Shown here in pieces: positions 38,395 to 47,710 of a stretch of DNA of 64,000 bases. The number at the start of each line of letters is the position of its first letter. Positions within the stretch are counted from its first letter, which is position 1. A program made the translations under genes and the position numbers. The notes below the pieces were generated by a model. That model did no database searches. It had not been told where the DNA came from and saw only the letters and a list, made by a program, of their open reading frames with translations. Origin of the DNA: Gemmatimonadales bacterium (lineage in GTDB: Bacteria; Gemmatimonadota; Gemmatimonadetes; Gemmatimonadales; GWC2-71-9); NCBI GenBank assembly GCA_040877595.1, contig JBBDNM010000026.1, positions 78,732 to 142,731 of the forward strand, given 5' to 3'.

Positions 38395-39379
38395 ACGCGC
38401 CGGTCCCGACGTTGCCGCCCAGGTCGCCGGTGCGGATGGCGTCGTCGCGAATCGTGGTGATCACGGCCTGGCGTACGCGCGTCGCCGTGTTCTGCTCGCG
38501 CAGGTGTTCGAGCATCATGCACGCGGCCAGCAGCAAGGCGGTTGGATTGGCGATTCCCTTCCCGGCGATGTCCGGTGCGGACCCATGCACCGCCTCGAAC
38601 AACGCCGCGTCGGCCCCGATGTTGGCCCCGGGGGTCAGTCCCAGCCCGCCCACCAGGCCGGCCATCAGGTCGCTCAGGATATCGCCGAACATGTTGGTGG
38701 TAACGATGACGTCGAACTGCGACGGGTCCATCACCAGCTTCATGGCCGCCGCATCAATGATGACGTCATTCGCGGTGACGCGACCTGTGTACTCGTCCGC
38801 AACGCCACGCGCGACCTCGAGGAACAGCCCGCTGACCGCCTTGAGGATATTCGCCTTGTGGACGATGGTGACCTTCTTGCGACCGTGGGTCACCGCATAC
38901 TCGAACGCGAACCGCACGGCCCGCTCACAGCCGGCGCGCGTCACGATCGCGATGGATTGCGCCACGGCCTTGGGATCGTTGCCGATGGGGATGAACGTCT
39001 CGAAACCGATGTACAGGCCTTCGGTGTTCTCCCGCACCAGCACCAGGTCCACGTTGTCGTACCGCTGGCCCGGAATGATGGTGCGGGCCGGCCGCAGGTT
39101 GGCGTACAGATTGAACTCGCGACGCAGGGCGACGTTCACCGAGCGGAACCCGGTGCCGACGGGCGTCGCCAGCGGACCCTTGAGGGCGACGCGGTGCTGG
39201 CGGATGGACTCCACCGTGGCGTCGGGCAAGGGGTCGCCAGCCTCTTCGAGCGCTGCGACCCCGCCGAGCTGACGGTCCCAGGTAATCGGCGCCTCGGCGG
39301 CGGCGAGGATGCGGAGTACCGCGTCGGTAATCTCGGGGCCAATCCCGTCACCCGGGATCAGTGTCACCACATGACTCAT
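38363..39379 (-). CDS. isocitrate/homoisocitrate/isopropylmalate dehydrogenase family enzyme (NAD-IDH-like)
   Basis: MSHVVTLIPGDGIGPEI...LKGPLATPVGTGFRSVNVALRREFNLYANLRP...NMFGDILSD...GSAPDIAGKGIANP. Confidence 0.9.
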   Translation of the reverse strand: MSHVVTLIPGDGIGPEITDAVLRILAAAEAPITWDRQLGGVAALEEAGDPLPDATVESIRQHRVALKGPLATPVGTGFRSVNVALRREFNLYANLRPARTIIPGQRYDNVDLVLVRENTEGLYIGFETFIPIGNDPKAVAQSIAIVTRAGCERAVRFAFEYAVTHGRKKVTIVHKANILKAVSGLFLEVARGVADEYTGRVTANDVIIDAAAMKLVMDPSQFDVIVTTNMFGDILSDLMAGLVGGLGLTPGANIGADAALFEAVHGSAPDIAGKGIANPTALLLAACMMLEHLREQNTATRVRQAVITTIRDDAIRTGDLGGNVGTGAFADAVIRRLA

Positions 39380-39990
39380 GGCAGACCAGGAACGAGGGAA
39401 CGGACGGCCGCTTCAAAGGCCGGCCAGGGTGCATCGCGTGTTGCGTGGGCCACCGTGCGCCATCCGATGAGTCCGGTGCGCACGTCGGCCAGGACGAGGA
39501 TCAACTCCGCCCGTCCACCACCGTCCGCCGGCCGGAACACCAGGGCGGCGGGCACGAGGACGTAGCGGCTGCCGGCCACCCCGGCCAGCGCGCGAAGCTG
39601 TGACCGGAGTGGATCGGGCACCTGCGCCTGCGGGTGCCGCAACAAGGCCGTGCCGAGCTGATCCGGGGACGCCAGTATCCCGGGTGCCCGCTCCGCCGCG
39701 CGGCGCAAGGCCGGCGGCAGCACCCACGTGACTTCCGGCGACCGCTCGGTGAGCAGGGCGCCCAGCACGCTGTCGGCGTGATCGAGTACCGCGCGGCGCG
39801 GCGTCAACTCGGCCACCCACCCCATCGTGTCGTCCACCGCAAACAACGTGAGCGGCGTGACCGCGACGCTCTGGCCGGCGAGCCCCGCCGTCGGCAACGG
39901 AGCCGCGGGCGACGGTGCAGGCGCTTCCGCCGGCGCACCGCCACAAGCGACGCCGAGCGCAGTCAGGAACAGGATCAGTCGTTGTGCCAC
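39376..39990 (-). CDS. hypothetical lipoprotein
   Basis: Lipobox LFLTALGVAC-G. Its stop overlaps the downstream ATG (ATGA). No recognisable domain. Confidence 0.55.
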   Translation of the reverse strand: MAQRLILFLTALGVACGGAPAEAPAPSPAAPLPTAGLAGQSVAVTPLTLFAVDDTMGWVAELTPRRAVLDHADSVLGALLTERSPEVTWVLPPALRRAAERAPGILASPDQLGTALLRHPQAQVPDPLRSQLRALAGVAGSRYVLVPAALVFRPADGGGRAELILVLADVRTGLIGWRTVAHATRDAPWPAFEAAVRSLVPGLP

Positions 39991-40030
39991 GTGAGCGCGC
40001 TTGTGGAGGAGGGTTTGGGGTTGGCGGCAG

Positions 40031-40786
40031 TCAGGTAATGCTCAACCCGCCGTCCACCAAGATAACCTGTCCGGTAATGTGGCGGGCCTCCTCGGAACAG
40101 AGGAACAGCACCACATTGGCCACGTCTTCCGGCTCGGCCAGACGCCCGAGGGCGGCGTCTTTCTTGGCCCGTTCAATGACATCCTCGGGGAGGGTCGCAA
40201 TCAGCTCCGTGCGCACATAACCGGGGGCCACGGCGTTCACGTTGACGTTGGACGGCCCAAGCTCGACCGCCGCCGACCGCGTCAAGCCAACCAGCGCCGC
40301 CTTGCTGGCGGCGTAGGCCGACACGCCAAAACTGGGTTGGTAGGCGAGGTAGCTGGAGATGGAGACGATCTTGCCGTAGTGTTGCGCCCGGAACAGACGC
40401 GACACCGCCTGGGTGCAGTGGTAGGCGCCCGTGATGTTGGTATCAATGACGTCTTTCCAGTCCTGGTCGGGCAGACGCCACAGGGCCCCATCGCGGGTAA
40501 TACCGGCATTGTTGACGAGGTAGTGCACACCGCCCAACTCGCCCCGCGCACGTTCCACGAAGCGTTCGACGGCATCCAGGTTGCGGACGTCGCACGCTTC
40601 GGAATACACCGACACCCCGTACCCGCGAAGCGCGGTCTCGGTCATCAGGGCCTGGGCGCCGATGTCCCGCCCGGGCAGGTCCACGTAGTTGAAGGCCACG
40701 TTCACGCCGCGACGGGCAAACTCGAGAGCCGCCGCCCTCCCGATACCCGTGGCCCCACCAGTAATCATGGCGGTGTTGCCGCGCAT
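40031..40786 (-). CDS. short-chain dehydrogenase/reductase (FabG-like SDR)
   Basis: ATG at 40786: MRGNTAMITGGATGIGRAAALEFARRG; NNAG; YAASKAAL (YxxxK). 251 aa. The track ORF N-terminal extension was not used. Confidence 0.88.
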   Translation of the reverse strand: MRGNTAMITGGATGIGRAAALEFARRGVNVAFNYVDLPGRDIGAQALMTETALRGYGVSVYSEACDVRNLDAVERFVERARGELGGVHYLVNNAGITRDGALWRLPDQDWKDVIDTNITGAYHCTQAVSRLFRAQHYGKIVSISSYLAYQPSFGVSAYAASKAALVGLTRSAAVELGPSNVNVNAVAPGYVRTELIATLPEDVIERAKKDAALGRLAEPEDVANVVLFLCSEEARHITGQVILVDGGLSIT

Positions 40787-40961
40787 GTCGGTGGGCGCCT
40801 TGCGTTCGGCCTGGGCCTTGGGCGCGGGCGCAAGGGCCGACCCCGACGAGCGCTTTTCGCGCCCCCCGGCCAGCCACTCTGGTTCTGAAGACGATCCGAT
40901 CGGAATACGACACCCCGTAGGTGAAGGGGAATTCGAACGTACGGCGGAAGGGCTGTGGTGG

Positions 40962-42665
40962 CTAGGGGGCGCGCTTGCGGAGCGCTGCCCAGGCCTCGAG
41001 CACCAGCCAGAGCTCAAGCACAAAGACCACACCGCCCACCCCGAACAACAGAGTTTGCGAGTCCGTCCAATACCACATGAGGTTGATGACCATGGCCCAT
41101 GTGGTCATCGCGAGCAGGAACACCATGGGCACGGCCGTCACCCAGATGGGTCGGCCCAGCCGCTTGAGGAACAGCGTGATCACCAGCAGGGTGAGGGCCC
41201 CGGTGAGCTGGTTGGTCGTGCCGAACAACGGCCACAGCCGCATGCCGCCGGCACCCCGGTCGAGCCCGAGCGCGAGCGCGGCACACGCGACCACGGCGAT
41301 GCCGGTGGCCAACCATCGGTTGCCCAGGGCCGGCATACGGTACTGGACCGCCAGTTCGCTGACGATGTACCGCTGCAGGCGCACCCCAGTGTCCATCGTG
41401 GTGGAGGCAAAGGCGATCACCACCACCGCCGCAAAGATGACGGCGACCGCGTGCGGGATACCGATACCCTCGGCCAGCGTGCCGACGCCGTTGACGAACG
41501 CTATGGTTGCGCCGGCGGACGCGCGGGCCCACGTGCCGTAGTGCTCGTGCCATCCGTCCGCCCCGGCGTAGATGGCAAAGCCCGCCGTGGTGGCGAGGAT
41601 TGATGTCAAGGCCAGCGTCCCTTCCCCCACCGCACCACCGTATCCGACATACCGCGCGTCCGTCTCGCGATCCAGCTGTTTAGATGTGGTCCCCGATGCC
41701 ACCAGTCCGTGGAAGCCGCTGATGGCGCCACAGGCAATGGTAATGAACAGCAACGGGAACCAGCTGGGCGCATCGGGCGGCAGGTTGGTGTTGATCGCCG
41801 GCGCCTCGATGATCGGGTTGGTCACGAGGACACCCAAAAAGATGATGCCCAAGGCGACGAACAGTTGATGGCTGTTCACGTAGTCGCGCGGCTGGAGTAG
41901 CAGCCACACGGGCAGTACGCTCGCGACGAAGGCGTACACAAACAGGATGAGTACCCACCCAACGCGCTGGCCATCGGCGACCGCCTGGGCCGCTGACTGG
42001 CCCTCGCGCGGCACGAACTGAAACAGGTCAGGCAGCGTGTACGGCGCGTACTGTCCTACCCAGATCAGGACATACAGAATGACCAACGCGGCCAGCGACG
42101 GTCGGAGAATACCAACCTTGGTGCGATAGATCAGCAGGCCGACGATGACCGCGACGACCAGGCTGCCCCAGACCGGGAGCACCGCACCGGGGTTCGCGAT
42201 GAACAGGTTCGCAATGACCACTGCGAACACGGCATTCACGAGCAGGAGCAGGAAAAAGATGATCAGCAGGAACAGTACCCGGGCCCGGGACCCTACGATC
42301 GAGGCCGTAAGCGTTCCGATGGAGTTGGCCTTGTGGCGCGTACTGATCCAGAGCGCACCGAAATCGTGCACCGCGCCGGCGAAGACGGTCCCCAACACCA
42401 CCCACAGGAACGCGGGCAGCCAGCCCCAGATGACGGCAATGGCCGGCCCGACAATGGGCGCGGCGCCGGCAACGGACGTAAAGTGATGGCCAAACAGGAC
42501 GTGCTTGTTGGTGGGCAGGAAGTCCACCCCATCCTGAAACTCGTGCGCCGGCGTGCGATAGTCCGGATCCAATCGATAGATCCGCTCCGCGAGGTACGTG
42601 GCGTACAGACGGTAGCCGGTCAGAAACGCAAGCAGGCCGACAATCAGCAGGACAATGGCGTTCAC
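40962..42665 (-). CDS. cstA: carbon starvation protein CstA (peptide/pyruvate transporter family)
   Basis: GTG start overlaps the upstream stop (GTGA). DFLPTNKHVLFGHHFTSVAGAAPIVGPAIAVIWGW. Polytopic. Confidence 0.9.
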   Translation of the reverse strand: MNAIVLLIVGLLAFLTGYRLYATYLAERIYRLDPDYRTPAHEFQDGVDFLPTNKHVLFGHHFTSVAGAAPIVGPAIAVIWGWLPAFLWVVLGTVFAGAVHDFGALWISTRHKANSIGTLTASIVGSRARVLFLLIIFFLLLLVNAVFAVVIANLFIANPGAVLPVWGSLVVAVIVGLLIYRTKVGILRPSLAALVILYVLIWVGQYAPYTLPDLFQFVPREGQSAAQAVADGQRVGWVLILFVYAFVASVLPVWLLLQPRDYVNSHQLFVALGIIFLGVLVTNPIIEAPAINTNLPPDAPSWFPLLFITIACGAISGFHGLVASGTTSKQLDRETDARYVGYGGAVGEGTLALTSILATTAGFAIYAGADGWHEHYGTWARASAGATIAFVNGVGTLAEGIGIPHAVAVIFAAVVVIAFASTTMDTGVRLQRYIVSELAVQYRMPALGNRWLATGIAVVACAALALGLDRGAGGMRLWPLFGTTNQLTGALTLLVITLFLKRLGRPIWVTAVPMVFLLAMTTWAMVINLMWYWTDSQTLLFGVGGVVFVLELWLVLEAWAALRKRAP

Positions 42666-43558
42666 GGGGAGCCCTCCAGGCGGGCGCCAATGTAATGCAG
42701 CAGGGCACGGTCGCGCACGGTACGCGGCGCCAGGGGCAGTTCGGTCAGATGCAGTTCAGGGAACGCCGCGCGGAACGCTGCGACGTGCTCGCCATCCTCC
42801 ACGGCCACGCGATTCACGACGAGGGCGGCCGGCCTGATGCCACTCCCGCGCAGCGTCTCGGCGGAGCGCCGGGTTTCGAGCAGGCTCAAGCGTTCGGGAA
42901 TCGCCACCAGGGTTACGGCGGCGCGCGCCGGATCGGTGAGCAGGGAGCGCAGGCGGCGGAGCCGTTCCCGCCGCGCCTCGAGCACCGCCAGGATGCGGTC
43001 CGTGTCGGGCGCGTCGCCCCGCACGGTCCGCCACATCTGTTCCAGTGCGCCGAGTTTGCGGCGCCGGCCAATCACGGCATCGAGCCAGACGCGCATGGTG
43101 TCGGGCATCGCGAGCAGGCGGAGCGTATGACCGAACGGCGCCGTATCCACCACGATGCGGTCCCAGCCGGATCCAAGACCTTCGGTCAGCACCGCCAGCC
43201 GCTCCAGGATGGCGGCTTCCACGACGCCGGGCGTCTCCCGCGCCATCGCAAGCTGGCGATCCACTTCGCCCGTCATGCCCGGGGGCGTGATATCCGCCAC
43301 ATGGCGGCGAACGCCGTCAACGTATCGCGCGGCCTCGGCATCAGGATCGAGTTCCACGGCCCAGAGGTTATCAACGATCTGTGTGGGATCCGCGCCGAGC
43401 GACGATTCCAGTGCGTCACCCGCGGAGTGGGCGGGGTCGGTGGAAATGAGGAGTGTGCGGTGCCCCCGTTCGGCGAACGCGAGCGCGGTCGCGGCGGCCA
43501 GCGTGGTCTTGCCGACCCCGCCCTTGCCGGCAAACAGGAGGAACGCGGGTTCGCTCAC
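42662..43558 (-). CDS. ArsA/GET3-family P-loop ATPase (single-domain)
   Basis: GTG at 43558 overlaps the fprA stop (GTGA). LLFAGKGGVGKTTLAAATALAFA, LLISTDPAHSAGD, DTAPFGHTLRLL. Confidence 0.82.
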   Translation of the reverse strand: MSEPAFLLFAGKGGVGKTTLAAATALAFAERGHRTLLISTDPAHSAGDALESSLGADPTQIVDNLWAVELDPDAEAARYVDGVRRHVADITPPGMTGEVDRQLAMARETPGVVEAAILERLAVLTEGLGSGWDRIVVDTAPFGHTLRLLAMPDTMRVWLDAVIGRRRKLGALEQMWRTVRGDAPDTDRILAVLEARRERLRRLRSLLTDPARAAVTLVAIPERLSLLETRRSAETLRGSGIRPAALVVNRVAVEDGEHVAAFRAAFPELHLTELPLAPRTVRDRALLHYIGARLEGSP

Positions 43559-44895
43559 GGCGCCGACGGCGCCCCACTCCCAAGCATGTCCGCGACCCGC
43601 ACCACCTTGACCCGCGGTCGTCCGAGCGGGGACCCGGCAGCGATCTCCGCCGCGTCCAACCGTTCCCAGTCTTGCCACGTCACGAGCTGACCGCACGCCG
43701 CCTGCAGGGTGGCCAGCGCGGCGGCGGGATCAGGTGCGGGCGGCGTGGGCAGGGTCGGCGCGTCGGCGCATACCGTTTCCACCGTCTCGCTGGCGTCGGC
43801 CTTATTCGTGCCGATCACTCCGCTCGGACCCCGCTTGATCCAGCCGGCGACATAATATCCCACCATGTCCTTCACGCGGCCTTTGTGGTTGGGGACCGTG
43901 CCCGATCGTTCGTCAAACGGCAGATCGGCGATGGCGACCCCGTGGTACCCGACCGAACGGAACACCAGATCCACCGGCATCTCTTCCACCTGGCCGGTGG
44001 GGACCGCCACGATGCGACCCGCCTTGAGCTCGAGTCGGTTCCGCATGACGCGCAAAGCCCGCACGTGGCCGGTCTCGTCGCCGATCAACGCCTCAGGCGA
44101 CACACAGAATCGGATCGCCAGGCGCTTGGGCTTCCCTTCAGGCGCGCGTTGCGCAAACTCGCGCAGAATTTCCAGCTTCTTGGCCGTCGGGCGATCGGGG
44201 GGCGTGAGCGGCTCGTCGGCGACCTCGTCCGCGCGCACCACGATGTCGGCCCCCGGCAGTGCGCCGAGTTCCCGGACTTCCGGGTTGGTGAACGCCGCCT
44301 CGGCCGGGCCACGTCGGCCCAGCATGGCCACTTCTTCGATGCCACTCGCCATGATGGCTTCGAGGGCTGCGTCCGTGATGTCGGTGGCCGCGAGCTCCGC
44401 CTGCGTGCGGCACAGCACCCGTGCAATGTCCACCGCGACGTTGCCGACCCCCACCACCGCTACCCGCTTGCCGGACAGATCGAAAGTGCAATGCTGGAAA
44501 TCGGGATGCCCGTTGTACCAGGCCACGAATTCGGTGGCCGGATGGCTGCCGATCAGGTCTTCGCCCGGGATGCCGAGGCGGCGGTCGGTCTGGGCGCCGG
44601 TAGCGAAGAGCACGGCGTGGTAATGGCGTTGGAGGTCGGCCAGCTTCACCGTGCGGCCGACGTCCACGTTGCCGAAGAAGCGCACGCGCTCATGGGCGGC
44701 CGTCTTGGCAAACCCCTTGATGACGCTCTTGATCTTCTGGTGGTCCGGTGCCACCCCAAACCGCACCAGGCCGTACGGAACCGGAAGGCGCTCGAGGATA
44801 TCCACGGTGACATCGAGGCCGTCGCGGTGCATGAGGTGGTCGGCGGCAAAGAAGGCCGCGGGACCGGATCCGATGACGGCTATCCGCAGAGTCAT
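43555..44895 (-). CDS. fprA: FprA/adrenodoxin-reductase-type NADPH:ferredoxin oxidoreductase
   Basis: ATG at 44895: MTLRIAVIGSGPAAFFAADHL...PYGLVRFGVAPDH...VVGVGNVAVDIARVL. The track start at TTG 44904 is also possible. Confidence 0.88.
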   Translation of the reverse strand: MTLRIAVIGSGPAAFFAADHLMHRDGLDVTVDILERLPVPYGLVRFGVAPDHQKIKSVIKGFAKTAAHERVRFFGNVDVGRTVKLADLQRHYHAVLFATGAQTDRRLGIPGEDLIGSHPATEFVAWYNGHPDFQHCTFDLSGKRVAVVGVGNVAVDIARVLCRTQAELAATDITDAALEAIMASGIEEVAMLGRRGPAEAAFTNPEVRELGALPGADIVVRADEVADEPLTPPDRPTAKKLEILREFAQRAPEGKPKRLAIRFCVSPEALIGDETGHVRALRVMRNRLELKAGRIVAVPTGQVEEMPVDLVFRSVGYHGVAIADLPFDERSGTVPNHKGRVKDMVGYYVAGWIKRGPSGVIGTNKADASETVETVCADAPTLPTPPAPDPAAALATLQAACGQLVTWQDWERLDAAEIAAGSPLGRPRVKVVRVADMLGSGAPSAP

Positions 44896-44902
44896 GGAAG
44901 TC

Positions 44903-44912
44903 AAGATATCTT
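44903..44912. promoter_or_regulatory. 10-bp perfect palindrome in a 24-bp divergent intergenic gap
   Basis: AAGATATCTT, centred between the fprA start (44895, - strand) and the adenosyltransferase start (44920, + strand). Confidence 0.3.
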
Positions 44913-44919
44913 CTCAGGC

Positions 44920-45465
44920 ATGAAGATCTATACTCGCACCGGTGACGATGGCGACACGGCCCTTCTGGGCGGCGGACGCGTGGGCAAGGACGACGCGCGG
45001 GTGGCCGCGTACGGCGAGGTGGACGAACTCAACGCCGTGATCGGCTGGGCGCTCGCGGTGGAGCCGCGAGACTTTCACCAGGACCTCCTGTCGGGCATCC
45101 AGCGCGACCTGTTTGCCATCGGTGGCCAGCTGGCGTCCCCCGATCCGGCCAAGGTGAGCAAGGTGCTCGCCAAGGCACAGCTCGATGACGCGCGGATTGC
45201 CGCCATGGAAGCGGCGATTGATGCCGCTGACACGCAGCTCACACCGCTGGAGGCATTCATCCTGCCCGGCGGCGCACCGAAGGCCGCCGCCTTCCATATG
45301 GCTCGTACGGTTTGCCGACGCGCAGAACGGGCCGTGGTGGCCCTCGATCACTCGGCGGGCGTCCCGCCGATCATCGTGCGGTACGTGAACCGACTGTCCG
45401 ACTTGCTGTTCACGCTGGCACGCCTGGCGAACCATCAAGCGGGTATCCGCGAGACCACCTGGTAA
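44920..45465 (+). CDS. PduO-type ATP:cob(I)alamin adenosyltransferase
   Basis: MKIYTRTGDDGDTALLGGGRVGKDDARVAAYGEVDELNAVIG...FILPGG...AAFHMARTVCRRAER. This is only the last 181 codons of a 670-codon track ORF. Confidence 0.9.
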   Translation: MKIYTRTGDDGDTALLGGGRVGKDDARVAAYGEVDELNAVIGWALAVEPRDFHQDLLSGIQRDLFAIGGQLASPDPAKVSKVLAKAQLDDARIAAMEAAIDAADTQLTPLEAFILPGGAPKAAAFHMARTVCRRAERAVVALDHSAGVPPIIVRYVNRLSDLLFTLARLANHQAGIRETTW

Positions 45466-46370
45466 TGCCGCGTTGGACGTTCCATCAGCTCGACGTGTTC
45501 ACCACGAGACCGCTCGCCGGCAACGCGCTGGCGGTGTTTCCGGACGCGCGCGGGCTCGACGCAGGTACCATGCAGGGGCTCGCGCGCGAGATGAACCTGT
45601 CGGAAACGACCTTCGTCTTTCCGTCCAGCCACGCCACCCGACACATCCGGTTCTTCACCCCGACGTCTGAAGTACCCTTGGTGGGCCATCCGACCATCGG
45701 CACCTGGTGGGCGCTTGCCGATCTGGGCTTGCTGACTGACCTCCCGCCGGACGGGACCACGACCATCACGCAGGAGACCGGGCGCGGCGTCTTACCGGTG
45801 GATATCACGATGATCGGCGGCCGACCGACGCGCGTGGTAATGACGCAGACGGTTCCACTGTTCGGCGACACCGTGGACCGCGCCGCGCTCGCGCTGGCCG
45901 TGGGCGGACCCGATGCCCTGACGGCGCATCCCCTGCCACAGGTCGTCTCGACCGCGCTTCCCCAGGTGATGGCACCGGTCGTCACACGAGCCGCGTTGAC
46001 GGGGCTCCCTTCCGGCGGCACCGGAGCGGGCTTGGCGCGGCTGTTGCGGAGCCACGACTCGGATTGCGTCATGCTGTTCGCACCGCCTGAGGGCGGAACG
46101 GTCTTCTGCCGGATGTTTGCCCCGGGATTCAACATCCCGGAGGATGCGGCCACGGGGTCGGCGGCCGGAGCGCTGGGCGCGTATCTGGTGCATCATGGGT
46201 TGGTCCAACTCGTCGGCGGTCGGGCGACCCTCACCTTGCATCAGGGCGCAGAGATCGGCCGGCCCAGCACCCTGCACGTGGAAGTCCCGGTTGCCGTCGA
46301 CGGAACGATCGGGCAGGTCCGCGTGGGCGGCGAGGCCGTCCGCATCATCACGGGAGAAGTGACGCTGTGA
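45465..46370 (+). CDS. PhzF-family isomerase-like protein
   Basis: TAATG overlap with the upstream gene. FHQLDVFTTRPLAGNALAVF...NLSETTFVFPS...EVPLVGHPTIG. Confidence 0.85.
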   Translation: MPRWTFHQLDVFTTRPLAGNALAVFPDARGLDAGTMQGLAREMNLSETTFVFPSSHATRHIRFFTPTSEVPLVGHPTIGTWWALADLGLLTDLPPDGTTTITQETGRGVLPVDITMIGGRPTRVVMTQTVPLFGDTVDRAALALAVGGPDALTAHPLPQVVSTALPQVMAPVVTRAALTGLPSGGTGAGLARLLRSHDSDCVMLFAPPEGGTVFCRMFAPGFNIPEDAATGSAAGALGAYLVHHGLVQLVGGRATLTLHQGAEIGRPSTLHVEVPVAVDGTIGQVRVGGEAVRIITGEVTL

Positions 46371-47452
46371 CCGCCCGGACAGTTGCCGTCCCCTTGCCCC
46401 ACGGAGCGTATGGCGTGGTGGTCGGCTCCGGGCTGCTGGCGCAGGCGGGCGACCGCATTCGCAGGGCCTGCCCGGCGGCCCGCTACGCCCTCATCGCGGA
46501 CCAGACGGTCGCCGACCTCTACGCTGCGCGCCTGGCGGTCCAGTTGGACGCCACCATCCACACGTTCCCCGCCGGCGAGGCGCAGAAGACGCGCACGACG
46601 TGGACGCAGCTGACGGATGCGCTGCTGGCGAGCGGCCTCGGGCGTGATGGCGCGCTGGTCGCACTGGGCGGCGGCGTGCCGGGTGACGTGGCCGGCTTCG
46701 TCGCGGCGACGTACCTGCGCGGGATTCCGTACGTGCAGGTACCCACCACGTTGCTCGCCATGGTGGACAGCTCCGTGGGCGGGAAGACCGGGGTGGATGC
46801 GGCGCAGGGCAAGAACCTGATCGGGGCGTTTCACCAACCGCGACTCGTCCTGGCCGACGTGCATACGATCGCGACGCTCCCGCCAGCCCATCGCCGCGCG
46901 GGGTTGGTCGAAGCCCTCAAGCACGGCGCCGTCGCCGATGCGGGATACTTCGATCGTCTGGTCGCGGCGCGAGACGCCTTGCTTGCCGCCGACCCTGAGG
47001 CGCTGATCGAGGCTGTGGTCCGGTCCGTCGCGATCAAGGCCGAGGTCGTGACTGCGGACGCAACCGAGCGGGGCCGGCGAGCGGTTCTCAACGCGGGCCA
47101 CACCGTGGGCCACGCGCTCGAGACCGCCTCCGACTACACCCTCGCACATGGCGAGGCGGTCGCGATCGGCCTGGTGGTGGAGGCACGAATCGGCGAACAG
47201 CTGGGTGTGACGGCACGCGGTACCGCTGGCCGCCTGCGCGACGCGTTCCAACGGTGCGGGTTGCCCGTCTCGCCACCGACGATCGATCGCAATCGGTTGC
47301 GCGAGGCGCTTGCTGCCGACAAGAAGAACCGCGGCGGCGAGATTCGCCTCACCCTGCTGGCCTCGATCGGCGCCGTACACCAAACGAACACCGAAACTTG
47401 GACGACGCCGGTACCCGAGAATATGGTCGTCGAGGCCGTCCAAGCCTCCTGA
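46367..47452 (+). CDS. aroB: 3-dehydroquinate synthase
   Basis: GTGA overlap with the upstream gene. GGGVPGDVAGFVAATYLRGIPYVQVPTTLLAMVDSSVGGKTGV...NAGHTVGHALE. Confidence 0.92.
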   Translation: MTARTVAVPLPHGAYGVVVGSGLLAQAGDRIRRACPAARYALIADQTVADLYAARLAVQLDATIHTFPAGEAQKTRTTWTQLTDALLASGLGRDGALVALGGGVPGDVAGFVAATYLRGIPYVQVPTTLLAMVDSSVGGKTGVDAAQGKNLIGAFHQPRLVLADVHTIATLPPAHRRAGLVEALKHGAVADAGYFDRLVAARDALLAADPEALIEAVVRSVAIKAEVVTADATERGRRAVLNAGHTVGHALETASDYTLAHGEAVAIGLVVEARIGEQLGVTARGTAGRLRDAFQRCGLPVSPPTIDRNRLREALAADKKNRGGEIRLTLLASIGAVHQTNTETWTTPVPENMVVEAVQAS

Positions 47453-47638
47453 ACTCATCTCTATTGATAGCAACATGTTCCGCAATTCGCCAACATTTCA
47501 ACAATCGCTAACTTGTTAATGAATAACGACTTGCGTCATGGAACTGTCAGTGGCGTGAGACTGGCGTGACAGCGGTCGTGGGAAAGATTCGCAAGACAAT
47601 ATGCCGCAACACTTTGTGATGTGGAAAAATCGGTTTTC

Positions 47639-47667
47639 TTGACGGTTTTTCGGGCATTTCCTATATT
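47639..47667 (+). promoter_or_regulatory. sigma-70-type promoter for the downstream sigma factor gene
   Basis: TTGACG (47639-47644), 17-nt spacer, TATATT (47662-47667). It lies in a 258-bp AT-rich gap. AGGAG at 47701-47705 sits 5 nt before ATG 47711. Confidence 0.6.
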
Positions 47668-47710
47668 CGGTGTGCACGGATCGGTCCCACCACCACCGTC
47701 AGGAGCGTTC

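Noticed and set aside
36040-39565. Series of long + strand ORFs (36040-37302, 37476-38159, 38210-39565, 38379-39272)
   Set aside because: All are antisense to confidently identified - strand genes (acyl-CoA dehydrogenase, metallophosphoesterase, IDH-family dehydrogenase). They are stop-codon-poor shadow frames typical of high-GC DNA.
40920-40950. tRNA-like GGGGAATTCGAAC in the 175-bp gap between cstA and the SDR gene
   Set aside because: It only superficially resembles a T-arm. I could find no acceptor stem, anticodon arm or D-arm around it.
43453-45465. 670-aa + strand ORF, one of the longest in the track
   Set aside because: Only the last 181 codons (from ATG 44920, MKIYTRTGDDGDTALLGGG...) resemble a real protein, a PduO-type adenosyltransferase. 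The upstream 489 codons are Arg/Gly/His-rich translation antisense to the well-supported ArsA-like and fprA genes.
46241-47485. 414-aa - strand ORF
   Set aside because: It is antisense to aroB, whose GGGV.GD..GF and VDSSVGGKTG motifs are present on the + strand.
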